DNA from: Styela clava
Taxonomy: Eukaryota
Length of the DNA: 64,000 nt
Assembly: GCF_964204865.1 (NCBI RefSeq)
Contig: NC_135263.1
Coordinates: 4,712,001-4,776,000, forward strand
Direction of reading: 5' to 3'
Made by a program: the position numbers and the translations under genes. This document shows, piece after piece, positions 40,001 through 49,946 of the stretch. Position 1 is the stretch's first letter, and the number at the start of each line of letters is the position of its first letter. Below the pieces are notes generated by a model. It did no database searches and had not been told where the DNA came from. It worked only from the letters and a program-made list of their open reading frames with translations.

Positions 40001-40879
40001 TCGGAAGTTTTGGTTACTGTTATCAACCACTTGGTGGAGCAAGCAGAAATTCCGACTCTGTTAATGAGAACGGTAATTCAGTCCTTGATCACTTATCCAC
40101 GTTTATCAGGTTTTGTTATGAATGTTCTTCAAAGATTAATTTTAAAAAAGGTTTGGGAACAAGAAAAAGTATGGGATGGATTCATAAGATGTTGTCAGCG
40201 TATGAAACCCCAGTCGTTTCAAGTGTTACTACAGCTTCCTTCCGTGCAATTATCTTCTGTTTTCGATTCCGCGCCGGAATTACGGGAACCTATGTTGCAA
40301 TACGTAGAACGCTTTACTCCGCAACAAAAACTTCACGTCAATAAAGACGTGCTGGCGTTGTTAGAACGGAAACCAACTCGAATTGAACTGGAAAAAGCTG
40401 TAACTTTGACTATTCAACAACAAACTGCGGAACTTGCTCTCACCGTTGCTGAACAGCAAGCCAGAGAAGAACAACAAAAGATGGCCGAAGAATATGATAG
40501 AATCCAGAAAGAAAAAGAACAGAGTGAAGCTAAAACAAAACTAATCGATGAACAGGTAAAAAAGGCGGCAAAAATGCTTCAAGAACAAGAGGAAAGAACG
40601 AAAGCACTCGAGCTGTTCCAAAAACGTGGATTCACCAACGTTAAAATGGAAACGAACGAAGAAAATGTTGCTCGAGGAGGATTTCCCACTGCAGCTCCGG
40701 GTCCGTCTCAAGTTGTTGCACCAGGGATTAGCTCGACACCAATGTCCAGTGAACAACAACAACCACAGCAAATGAAATTGACAATGTCTACTGATGCAGA
40801 AGTTCCACAGGGGAACAGAGATCGGCAGCGTAGCGGTACTCCTACGTTAGATGAAGCACCAGAGCCAACCATTACTTGA
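37025..40879 (+). CDS. SYMPK: Symplekin (CPSF / histone pre-mRNA cleavage complex scaffold), uninterrupted 1284-aa CDS
   Basis: Motifs '[29 protein letters not shown]', '[19 protein letters not shown]', '[19 protein letters not shown]', '[18 protein letters not shown]', '[14 protein letters not shown]', '[12 protein letters not shown]..YPRL', '[17 protein letters not shown]' are typical of symplekin. Confidence 0.97.
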   Translation: [1284 protein letters not shown]

Positions 40880-41874
40880 ACTCAATTTTATATTTACTAT
40901 AATTAGCTTTATTTTTGCTCTTTATGCTCAACCGCCAGATTTTGACTCGCCAGATATGAAATTTGTAAACATTACAGACACGTCAGACTCGCTTGTTTTA
41001 GGGGTATTCATGATAAAATTATTTAGGTGATATCATGGTCACTAGGTTTTTGTGGATTAATATTGTATTTTGACATTAAAGAATTTTGTTTTTGTCAACT
41101 ACCATCTGTTAGCTCCAGAACTTTGTATTCCAACTGATTTTCGAACCCAACGCTATGGATGCCGATTTAGGAAAGAAAAGTGTGCTTCTTTTCTGGAATA
41201 TTTACAGTTAAATTTAACAGTGTTTAATTTATAACAATTGAGAATGTCTGCTATTGAATATCAGCAAAACATTTCATTTTTTCAATTCTTTGTTTAACAT
41301 TTTTAATCGTGTGATTCAGCTATCCATGTTCATGGCTTATTTGTGTCTGTACCATGCTCTGCATAATCTGTTTTAATTAATCTTTCCTGCGTCTACAAAT
41401 GGTTCAAGAAATTATTTCAGTGACAAATTTCAATTCAAATCACATTGAATGAATGACATTTTCAACCATGATTCCAATTCTTACGATGTCCATATTTGAG
41501 AATTCTTATAACTTTTTCAATTTACGAATGTTCAAAATTTAAATCTTAATTTTTTAAATATTTATTCCAAAAAAACTACAGTATGTTTTGTTAGTAAAAT
41601 TATTACTGTATGCTTTATTAAGTTAAATTTCGACGATGTGATTTTGCTGCATAATACATCCATTTAGAATATCAATATGGCATACCAGTAATTCTGAAGT
41701 GTTGAACTTTATAGATAAGAATTTACAGATGCTTTACTTCACATACCCTTGTGTTTCATTTAACCAAAAGATTCCTTAATCTGACTTGCCAATTTTCTAA
41801 TGTTCCCTTTTCCCTTTTTTTTCAGACAGTGATATAATTATTACATATTAGATAGATTACAGTTTGGCCTAAAA

Positions 41875-44121
41875 ATGGCCGCCCCTCGTGCCATGAGAGA
41901 CAATGATACTGCTTTATGGCTTCATAATAAGCTGGGTTCCGCTGAGGAACTCTGGGTTTCGTCAAGTATTGGAGGAATTATAAAGACTGACACAATTGAC
42001 AATATATTCCGCTGTTTTTCTGTCTTATCGACAACAGTAAAAATGAAACTTTTATTGGGAATATTACATCTTCCTCGGAGAAGTCTAGAAGAGATGAAAC
42101 ATACTATTGATGGGCTAGTGGAACTCGCTTTAGACGACGGCGACCAGTGGGTAAAACTCGTTGCCAACGTGGTAAAAACTTACCCAATGAGGTGTAAGTT
42201 GAGTCTTGATTTAAGCTCAAATCAAATCGCGGAAAATGTCATTCACCAGTTGGAAGAAAAAGTTCGGGATTCTGATGTTTTTGCAACTTTGCCTTTAGAG
42301 TGTCAATACGTTAATAAAAATGCACTTCAAAATTTGGTCGGTAATCAACCCCCTCCGCAGAGACATTTTGCGCTTAAAAGAAAGCCGAAGTCCGCTGCAT
42401 TGAGAGTGGACTTGATGCAGAAGTCAACTAATGCGTCAAGTCAAGTTAAAAAGGGTGTATCGAACAAAATGGTTCCTGTAAAACATAGAGACATGACAAG
42501 AAAGCTTTCGGATGCAAGTCCTATGAGGGGAATACCAAAAACACCGGCTGGTGCACATCGAGCTGAAGGATTCAGGACGCAGTCGACTCCAGGCTCTCAC
42601 ATGACACCTGGTGGGGCTGGCAGAACAGCGTCGAGATTTTCATCAAGAGCAGAGCGAGGAACAAAATTGCTGGATATTTCTGAGCAACCTCTCGGAATTC
42701 GAGAACAGAAAAGACGAAAGAAGCAACAGCAGGAAGATGACAGTTCACAGCAGACTCAGCCTGAAGAAAAAATGGACGAAACACCGGAGTATGCCGCTGG
42801 TCTCGTCCCTCCAACAATGGCACAATCTACTGCACCCGAGGAAGAGCCATCGGTTCCAACAGATGCAAATGATGACACAGATGAGGCAGATGAAGATCAA
42901 CAAGAAGAAATGGAGGATGAAGATGAATACTCTGCTCATTATAGCCCTGCAGAATCACCAACCAACAAAATGCCGGTTAATTATAGTTCTATTGACCAAG
43001 AAGAAATGCCTGCCCCGCCTTCAGCCCCACCCCCTGAACCAACTAAGAAAAATCCGCCAATTGAAAAACGTCCTTCGATTGAAGATTATCCTGTATATGC
43101 AATGCCTGCAACACCTTCGCCGTATTTTAAACCGACGCCAACTCCAGCTCATATTATTACTTCTCCTTCACATTCTAAACCGGCTTTATCAAGTCCGAAC
43201 ACCCCATCTTCTCACACCTCATCATCTAGCACTTCATCTAGCAGTCCTTCCCCCGCTCGCAGAACGCAAGAGCAACCAACAAATATTCCGAGTCCAGTAA
43301 GGGTTATGCAAAGCCCACAAATCACACAGAATAAGCAAATCAGTCCTGTGCACTCTCAACCCCAGCAGACAAATTTATCACTTCCAAAAAACACTCAAAA
43401 CTTTCCTCAAGTACCAAGGTTCTATTCCCCACCTGTACAAAACCAGCCAAGATTACATACCCCTTCTCAGCCCCAGATTTCACAACAACAGCAGCAGCAA
43501 GTCTCAATACAACAACCAACAACGGTGCTACATGGTTACCCTGCAGGAATTTATCGTACTCAAGTACCGGTGCGACCTGGAATGCCTTATATTGTATCTC
43601 CTAATATGGTGCAACGTAGCGTACAAATCCCTGCACAAACTATAAGATTCGCTCCTTCCGCAAACGAAGGACAAATTCGAAGTTCAATTCCCGGCTTACA
43701 AACAGCTGTTTCGAGTAACCTACAACACCAGTTACAATTACAGCAGCATGCTCAACAGCAGGCTGCTGCAGCAGCAGCTCAGCAAGCTGCACAGCAAGCC
43801 CAACAACAGCAGCAACAGAAAAAGACTTTGACACTTACACATGAGCAGTGGTACCAAGCACAAGAAATGTTCCGAAACGCTAACAGACTAACTAGACAAG
43901 AGAAGTCGATTATATTAGGTTTTATGGCGGGGTCAAGGGACAACCCCAACCCAGATAAGGGTGATGTGGTGCAAATTACTCTCTCTGAGCATGAGCAAAC
44001 TGTACAGAACCCTGTTGGTGGAAGCTTGATTCCTGTTGTGGTTGAAACTTATTTTGAAATGAATTATAGGACTGGTACCACTGCTAAAAAACAAAGATTA
44101 AAACAAGTAGTGGCTCGGTAG
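41875..44121 (+). CDS. NELFA: Negative elongation factor A, full length, uninterrupted 748-aa CDS
   Basis: N-terminus 'MRDNDTALWLHNKLGS', 'LPLECQYVNKNAL', 'HFALKRKPKSAALR', 'KLLDISE'; C-terminus 'AQEMFRNANRLTRQEKSIILGFMAGSR...FEMNY'. Confidence 0.96.
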   Translation: MAAPRAMRDNDTALWLHNKLGSAEELWVSSSIGGIIKTDTIDNIFRCFSVLSTTVKMKLLLGILHLPRRSLEEMKHTIDGLVELALDDGDQWVKLVANVVKTYPMRCKLSLDLSSNQIAENVIHQLEEKVRDSDVFATLPLECQYVNKNALQNLVGNQPPPQRHFALKRKPKSAALRVDLMQKSTNASSQVKKGVSNKMVPVKHRDMTRKLSDASPMRGIPKTPAGAHRAEGFRTQSTPGSHMTPGGAGRTASRFSSRAERGTKLLDISEQPLGIREQKRRKKQQQEDDSSQQTQPEEKMDETPEYAAGLVPPTMAQSTAPEEEPSVPTDANDDTDEADEDQQEEMEDEDEYSAHYSPAESPTNKMPVNYSSIDQEEMPAPPSAPPPEPTKKNPPIEKRPSIEDYPVYAMPATPSPYFKPTPTPAHIITSPSHSKPALSSPNTPSSHTSSSSTSSSSPSPARRTQEQPTNIPSPVRVMQSPQITQNKQISPVHSQPQQTNLSLPKNTQNFPQVPRFYSPPVQNQPRLHTPSQPQISQQQQQQVSIQQPTTVLHGYPAGIYRTQVPVRPGMPYIVSPNMVQRSVQIPAQTIRFAPSANEGQIRSSIPGLQTAVSSNLQHQLQLQQHAQQQAAAAAAQQAAQQAQQQQQQKKTLTLTHEQWYQAQEMFRNANRLTRQEKSIILGFMAGSRDNPNPDKGDVVQITLSEHEQTVQNPVGGSLIPVVVETYFEMNYRTGTTAKKQRLKQVVAR

Positions 44122-47100
44122 TATTTTACATATAAAATAAAATTATTGCAATTCTTACAAAAGTGTTTAAATGTAGTTGTCTTCTTGTCATATCGTTGAA
44201 GCAAAGGTCTGTGTGAAAGTTTGATGACTTTTCTCTGCAGTTTCGAATTTGGAGAATAGATATTCTGATCAATGGAATAGCTCACTTAAAATTATAACAG
44301 AAAGAATAGTATTCAAAGATAAATCTGTATGGCTTTTCGAATAATTGTCAACGAGTTTTAAATTTATAGCATTGGAAAGCCTCATTAAGTCCTTTCAGCT
44401 AGCCCTGCTGGAATATACAGGAAATTTGAAAATACGACAAACATCATATCCCGACCACCCTGAGTTATTAGTTGTAATAATTTTGCCAGACTTTCACAAG
44501 CTAATTTTCTTACGGAAAAATCCCTGGGAGCGCATAAACATTGGCCATTGTGGCCTTTGATTTGTTTAGTACGAAACCTAATAACTATTGAATGAATAGT
44601 TATATATTTCACTGCCATTTCATGTTACTGTAACTTACGAAAGTCTGTCATTATTGGTGCAAAACAACGGTATGTAAAAGATTACCCAGGGCAGTGGGGT
44701 TCAACCTTTATTCTCTTGTCGATAGAAATCTTAGGCCCACAAACCTTTATTAAGATTTTCGAGTTTCGTAAAAATGTTAATATAAACAATACAGTAAAAG
44801 TGTCAATGACCAAACTAATCTTCTTGTTTATTTAATAATAGCTTGTCAAGTTGAACTTCCATCCTTGGTTCTCCAGCCATACATGTTTCTTCAGGCCTAC
44901 TGTAGGCCCAACAGAAACTCCAGACTCATTTTAAAAATCCTGACTGATTTAAAAAATCCTCAAGCCCACTTGGACCACCTTGAAAAAACACTGACTTAGG
45001 CATATAAAAGTGGAATATTGCGCCAATTTGAATCTTTATACTGAGTAAAGATTATTATAGACTTTGTTTCAATGAAACTTAAAAGCAATGTTATCTGCAG
45101 AAGATTCATTTCAAAATATCTGTGCTTTTTTGGTAAAATTAGCCATTTTTGCAGTTTATCTCTGACAGAAATACCAAATGGATAAAATGCTTGAGACACA
45201 ATTCATGATGTTATTATAATGATCTATGAATTTTATTGTGAATCATGATTTTTTCACCCAATCTCAAATGCCTGGACAAAATTTTTGGACATTTAAACAC
45301 ATCAACAACCCTTACTATTGTGCATTCTATGGGAAGTTTTTTATTTTATTTGATTTTGTTATTTCTTTATCATATTTCGATTCTGCCATACTTATTTTTT
45401 AGAATTTTTTTATATAAAAGTTCGGGATTCTGATGTTTTTGCAACTTTGCCTTTAGAGTGTCAATATGTTAATAAAAATGCGCTTCAAAATTTGGTCGGA
45501 AACAACCGCCACCGCAGAGACATTTTGCGCTTAAAAGAAAGCCAAAGTCCGCTGCATTGAGAGTGGACTTGATGCAGAAATCAACTAACGCGTCAAGTCA
45601 AGTTAAAAAGGGTGTATCGAACAAAATGGTTCCTGTAAAACATAGAGACATGACAAGAAAGCTTTCGGATGCAAGTCCTATGAGGGGAATACCAAAAACA
45701 CCGGCTGGTGCACATCGAGCTGAAGGATTCAGGACGCAGTCGACTCCAGGCTCTCACATGACACCTGGTGGGGCTAGCAGAACAGCGTCGAGATTTTCAT
45801 CAAGAGCAGAGCGAGGAACAAAATTGCTGGATATTTCTGAGCAACCTCTCGGAATTCGAGAACAGAAAAGACGAAAGAAGCAACAGCAGGAAGATGACAG
45901 TTCACAGCAGACTCAGCTTGAAGAAAAAATGGATGAAACACCGGAGTATGCTGCTGGTCTCGTCCCTCCGACAATGGCACAGTCTACTGCACCCGAGGAA
46001 GAGCCCCCGGTTCCAACAGATACAAATGATGACACAGATGAGGCAGATGAAGATCAACAAGAAGAAATGGAGGATGAAGATGAATACTCTGCTCATTATA
46101 GCCCTGCAGAATCACCAACCAACAAAATGCCGGTTAATTATAGTTCTATTGACCAAGAAGAAATGCCTGCCCCGCCTTCAGCCCCACTCCCTGAACCGAC
46201 TAAGAAAAATCCGCCGATTGAAAAACGTCCTTCGATTGAAGATTATCCTGTATATGCAATGCCTGCAACACCTTCGCCGTATTTTAAACCGACGCAAACT
46301 CCAGCTCATATTATTACTTCTCCTTCACATTCTAAACCAGCTTTATCAAGTCCGAACACCCCATCTTCTCACACCTCATCATCTAGCACTTCATCTAGCA
46401 GTCCTTCCCCCGCTCGCAGAACGCAAGAGCAACCAACAAATATTCAGAGTCCAGTAAGGGTTATGCAAAGCCCACAAATCACACAGAATAAGCAAATCAG
46501 TCCTGTGCACTCTCAACCCCAGCAGACAAATTTATCAGTTCCAAAAAACACTCAAAACTTTCCTCAAGTACCAAGGTTCTATTCCCCACCTGTACAAAAC
46601 CAGCCAAGATTACAGACCCCTTCTCAGCCCCAGATTTCACAACAACAGCAGCAGCAAGTCTCAATACAACAACCAACAACGGTGCTACATGGTTACCCTG
46701 CAGGAATTTATCGTACTCAAGTACCGGTGCGACCTGGAAAGCCTTATATTGTATCTCCTAATATGGTGCAACGTAGCGTACAAATCCCTGCGCAAACTAT
46801 AAGATTCGCTCCTTCCGCAAACGCCATTCTCCAAGGACAAATTCGAAGTTCAGTTCCCGGCTTACAAACAGCTGTTTCGAGTAACCTACAACACCAGTTA
46901 CAATTACAGCAGCATGCTCAACAGCAGGCTGCAGCAGCAGCAGCTCAGCAAGCTGCACAGCAAGCCCAACAGCAGCAGCAACAGAAAAAGACTTTGACAC
47001 TTACAGGTGAGCAGATGTACCAAGCACAAGAAATGTTCCGAAACGCTAACAGACTAACTAGACAAGAGAAGTCCATTATATTGGGTTTTATGGCGGGGTC

Positions 47101-48609
47101 AAGGGAAAACCCCAACCCAGATAAGGGTGATGTGGTGCAAATTACTCTCTCTGAGCATGAGCAAACTGTACAGAACCCTGTTGGTGGAAGCTTGATTCCT
47201 GTTGTGGTTGAAACTTATTTTGAAATGAATTATAGGACTGGTACCACTGCTAAAAAACAAAGATTAAAACAAGTGGTGGCCCGGTAGTATTTTACATATA
47301 AAATAAAATTATTGCAATTCTTACAAAAGTGTTTAAATGTAGTTGTCTTCTTGTCATATCGTTGAAACAAGGGTCTGTGTGAAAGTTTGATGGCTTTTTT
47401 CTGCAGTTTCGAATTTGGAGAATAGATATTCTGATCACTGAAGACCTCACCCAAAATAGTAACAGGAAGAATAGTATTCATAGATAAATCCGTATGGCTT
47501 TTCGAATGAATGCCACCGACTTTTAAATTTATAGCATTGGGAAGCCCCATTAAGTCCTTTCAGCTGGCCCTGCTGGAATATACAGGAAATTTGAAAATAC
47601 GACGAAAATCATGTCCCGACCACCCTGAGTTATTAGTTGTGATAATTTTGCCAGACATTCACAAGCTAATTTTCTTACGGAAAAATCCCTGGGAGCGCAT
47701 AAATATTGGCCAATGTGGCTTTTGATTTGTTTAGTACGAAACCTAATAACTTTGTCTCATGTTTTTGTTGGATTAATAACTATTGAATGAATAGTTATAT
47801 ATTTCACTGCCATTTCATGTTACTGTAACTTACGAAAGTCTGTCATTATTGCTGCAAATTATGTGAAAGATTACTCAGGGCAGTGGTGTTCAACCTTTAT
47901 TTTCTTGTCGATAGAAATCTTAGGCCCACAAACCTTATTAAGATTTTCGAGTTTCGTAAAAATGTTAATATAAACAATACAGTAAAAGTGTCAATGACCA
48001 AACTAATCTTCTTGTTTATTTAATAATAGCTTGTCAAGTTGAACTTCCATCCTTGGTTCTCCAGCCATACATGTTTCTTCAGGCCTACTGTAGGCCCAAC
48101 AGAAACTCCAGACTCATTTTAAAAATCCTGACTGATTTAAAAAATCCTCAAGCCCACTTGGACCACCTTGAAAAAACACTGACTTAGGCATATAAAAGTG
48201 GAATATTGCGCCAATTTGAATCTTTATACTGAGTAAAGATTATTATAGACTTTGTTTCAATGAAACTTAAAAGCAATGTTATCTGCAGAAGATTCATTTC
48301 AAAATATCTGTGCTTTTTTGGTAAAATTAGCCATTTTTGCAGTTTATCTCTGTGACAGAAATACCAAATGGATAAAATGCTTGAGACACAATTCATGATG
48401 TTATTATAATGATCTATGAATTTTATTGTGAATCATGATTTTTTCACCCAATCTCAAATGCCTGGACAAAATTTTTGGACATTTAAACACATCAACAACC
48501 CTTACTATTGTGCATTCTATGGGAAGTTTTTTATTTTATTTCATTTTGTTATTTCTTTATCATATTTTGATTCTGCCATACTTATCTTTTAGAATTTTTT
48601 TATATATAA
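42258..48609 (+). repeat. ~3.2 kb tandem segmental duplication (units ~42258-45415 and ~45416-48609)
   Basis: Both units carry the NELFA 3' CDS, 3' UTR and the spacer up to ~28 nt before the YAE1 ATG. Junction 'agaatttttttatataa|aagttcgggattc' has AA microhomology. Confidence 0.95.
45416..47287 (+). pseudogene. NELFA: 5'-truncated NELF-A duplicate; open from ATG 45572 (= Met181 of the full-length copy) to the stop, 571 aa
   Basis: Starts abruptly at about codon 129 of copy 1, has a 1-nt deletion near 45500, then is open to the stop. The track's start at 45557 is TTG. Pseudogene versus expressed short isoform is unresolved. Confidence 0.75.
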
Positions 48610-48636
48610 CCTTTATAATTACCGGTACAAAGCATC

Positions 48637-49281
48637 ATGAACAGTGATGACGATGAGATGGACCAAGGTTCGGAATTAGAATTAATGTCGCAAGAATGGA
48701 ATAAAATTTGTCAAAATCGATTTAAAGAAGGTTTCGTTGACGGGACCACAGTCGGACAGAAGCAGTCATTACAAGAAGCGTTTAACGCCGGTTTTCATCA
48801 AGGATTTTTGTCAAATTTTCTTCTGTCAAAAATTAGAGGAATTTTGAGTGCGTTGTTAGCGTATCAAGTTTCATATGAGGGGCATCCAATAACTGACGCT
48901 ACGTTACTAGAAACACACTCTCTCTTGGAAGAAATTGAATCTTTAGAAACAAATGCGGTAGCAGAAGAGTTTTTAAAAATGTCTTTGCATCAAAATAGCC
49001 AATCACAGTCTGTCCCTGATGAAATCATCCAATCGTTTTCCGCTTCAACGAGTTTACACCCATCAAACAATTCTGCTCAAACTTCAAACAAAATTGGCAA
49101 TGAACCAGAACAGGCGTCAGAAATTCAAGATATTGATTTAGAAGGGGCGAAAAATTTAACTATAAAACAAGTGAATGCAATAATTCTTCAGTGCCCTCCC
49201 ATCATGAAAAGTGTTAATCGTTGTAAAAATATTTTAAAAAGTTTGAATTGGACTGATGCAATGATTGATAGTTTGTTATAA
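48637..49281 (+). CDS. YAE1: YAE1 homolog (ABCE1 maturation factor), uninterrupted 214-aa CDS
   Basis: 'QEWNKICQNRFKEGFVDGTTVGQKQSLQEAFNAGFHQGF...IRGILSALL' is the Yae1_N G-x3 repeat motif and fits YAE1 better than LTO1. Confidence 0.85.
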   Translation: MNSDDDEMDQGSELELMSQEWNKICQNRFKEGFVDGTTVGQKQSLQEAFNAGFHQGFLSNFLLSKIRGILSALLAYQVSYEGHPITDATLLETHSLLEEIESLETNAVAEEFLKMSLHQNSQSQSVPDEIIQSFSASTSLHPSNNSAQTSNKIGNEPEQASEIQDIDLEGAKNLTIKQVNAIILQCPPIMKSVNRCKNILKSLNWTDAMIDSLL

Positions 49282-49389
49282 GGAACACATTTATTCTGTA
49301 TATTCTAGCACTGTCTGATCACTTTGATCTCCCAGTATTATACTGTACTAAGCATGACATGAAGCCTATATTATGAAAAAGGCCTAGTG

Positions 49390-49946
49390 CAGTACTTCCC
49401 AACCTTTGCAATTCTTGAAGTATTGTATTATCATTTCTTTGTGCGACCCACAATGAGATGTTGATATATATGATAAAAGGAACAATGTATCCCCATGCAA
49501 TTTACTATTAATGCGAAACTTGAGCTTGCATATTGTATATTATCAGATCAAGTCAAGGCTTGATTGGAGACGAGCTCACACGCAACGCAGCTTTAACACT
49601 CAGCAAATTGTGCTTTTGGCTCAAAGCAATACCATGCCTCAAATGAAAGCACATTTGATGTAATCAGACAAGCTTTCCTTTTACTTTGTTAGGGTGTCAA
49701 ACAAAGTTAGGGTATTAAAATAACGCATATTTACTGTCCACACAAATTCAACAAATTACTGATCTGCCTAGTCGCCTACCTGCCGTTTCCAAACTGAAAA
49801 TATTAACGAGATGCAATGCATAATTATAATTGTTTCGTAATAATAATGCCACAATTTCCCGATGTAATAGAAAACTGTATGTAACATTTGGAAATACCTG
49901 CGGCTCATTTTGATTGGCTTTGCGACCCACTGGTTGGGAAGCACTG
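49390..49946. mobile_element. hAT MITE
   Basis: TIRs cagtacttcccaacc / ggttgggaagcactg; degenerate TSD gcctagtg / gtctagcg. Confidence 0.75.

Noticed and set aside
42611-43300. 229-aa alternative-frame ORF inside NELFA, also at 45768-46457
   Set aside because: Starts at GTG, overlaps low-complexity coding sequence, and its presence in both copies follows from the recent duplication.
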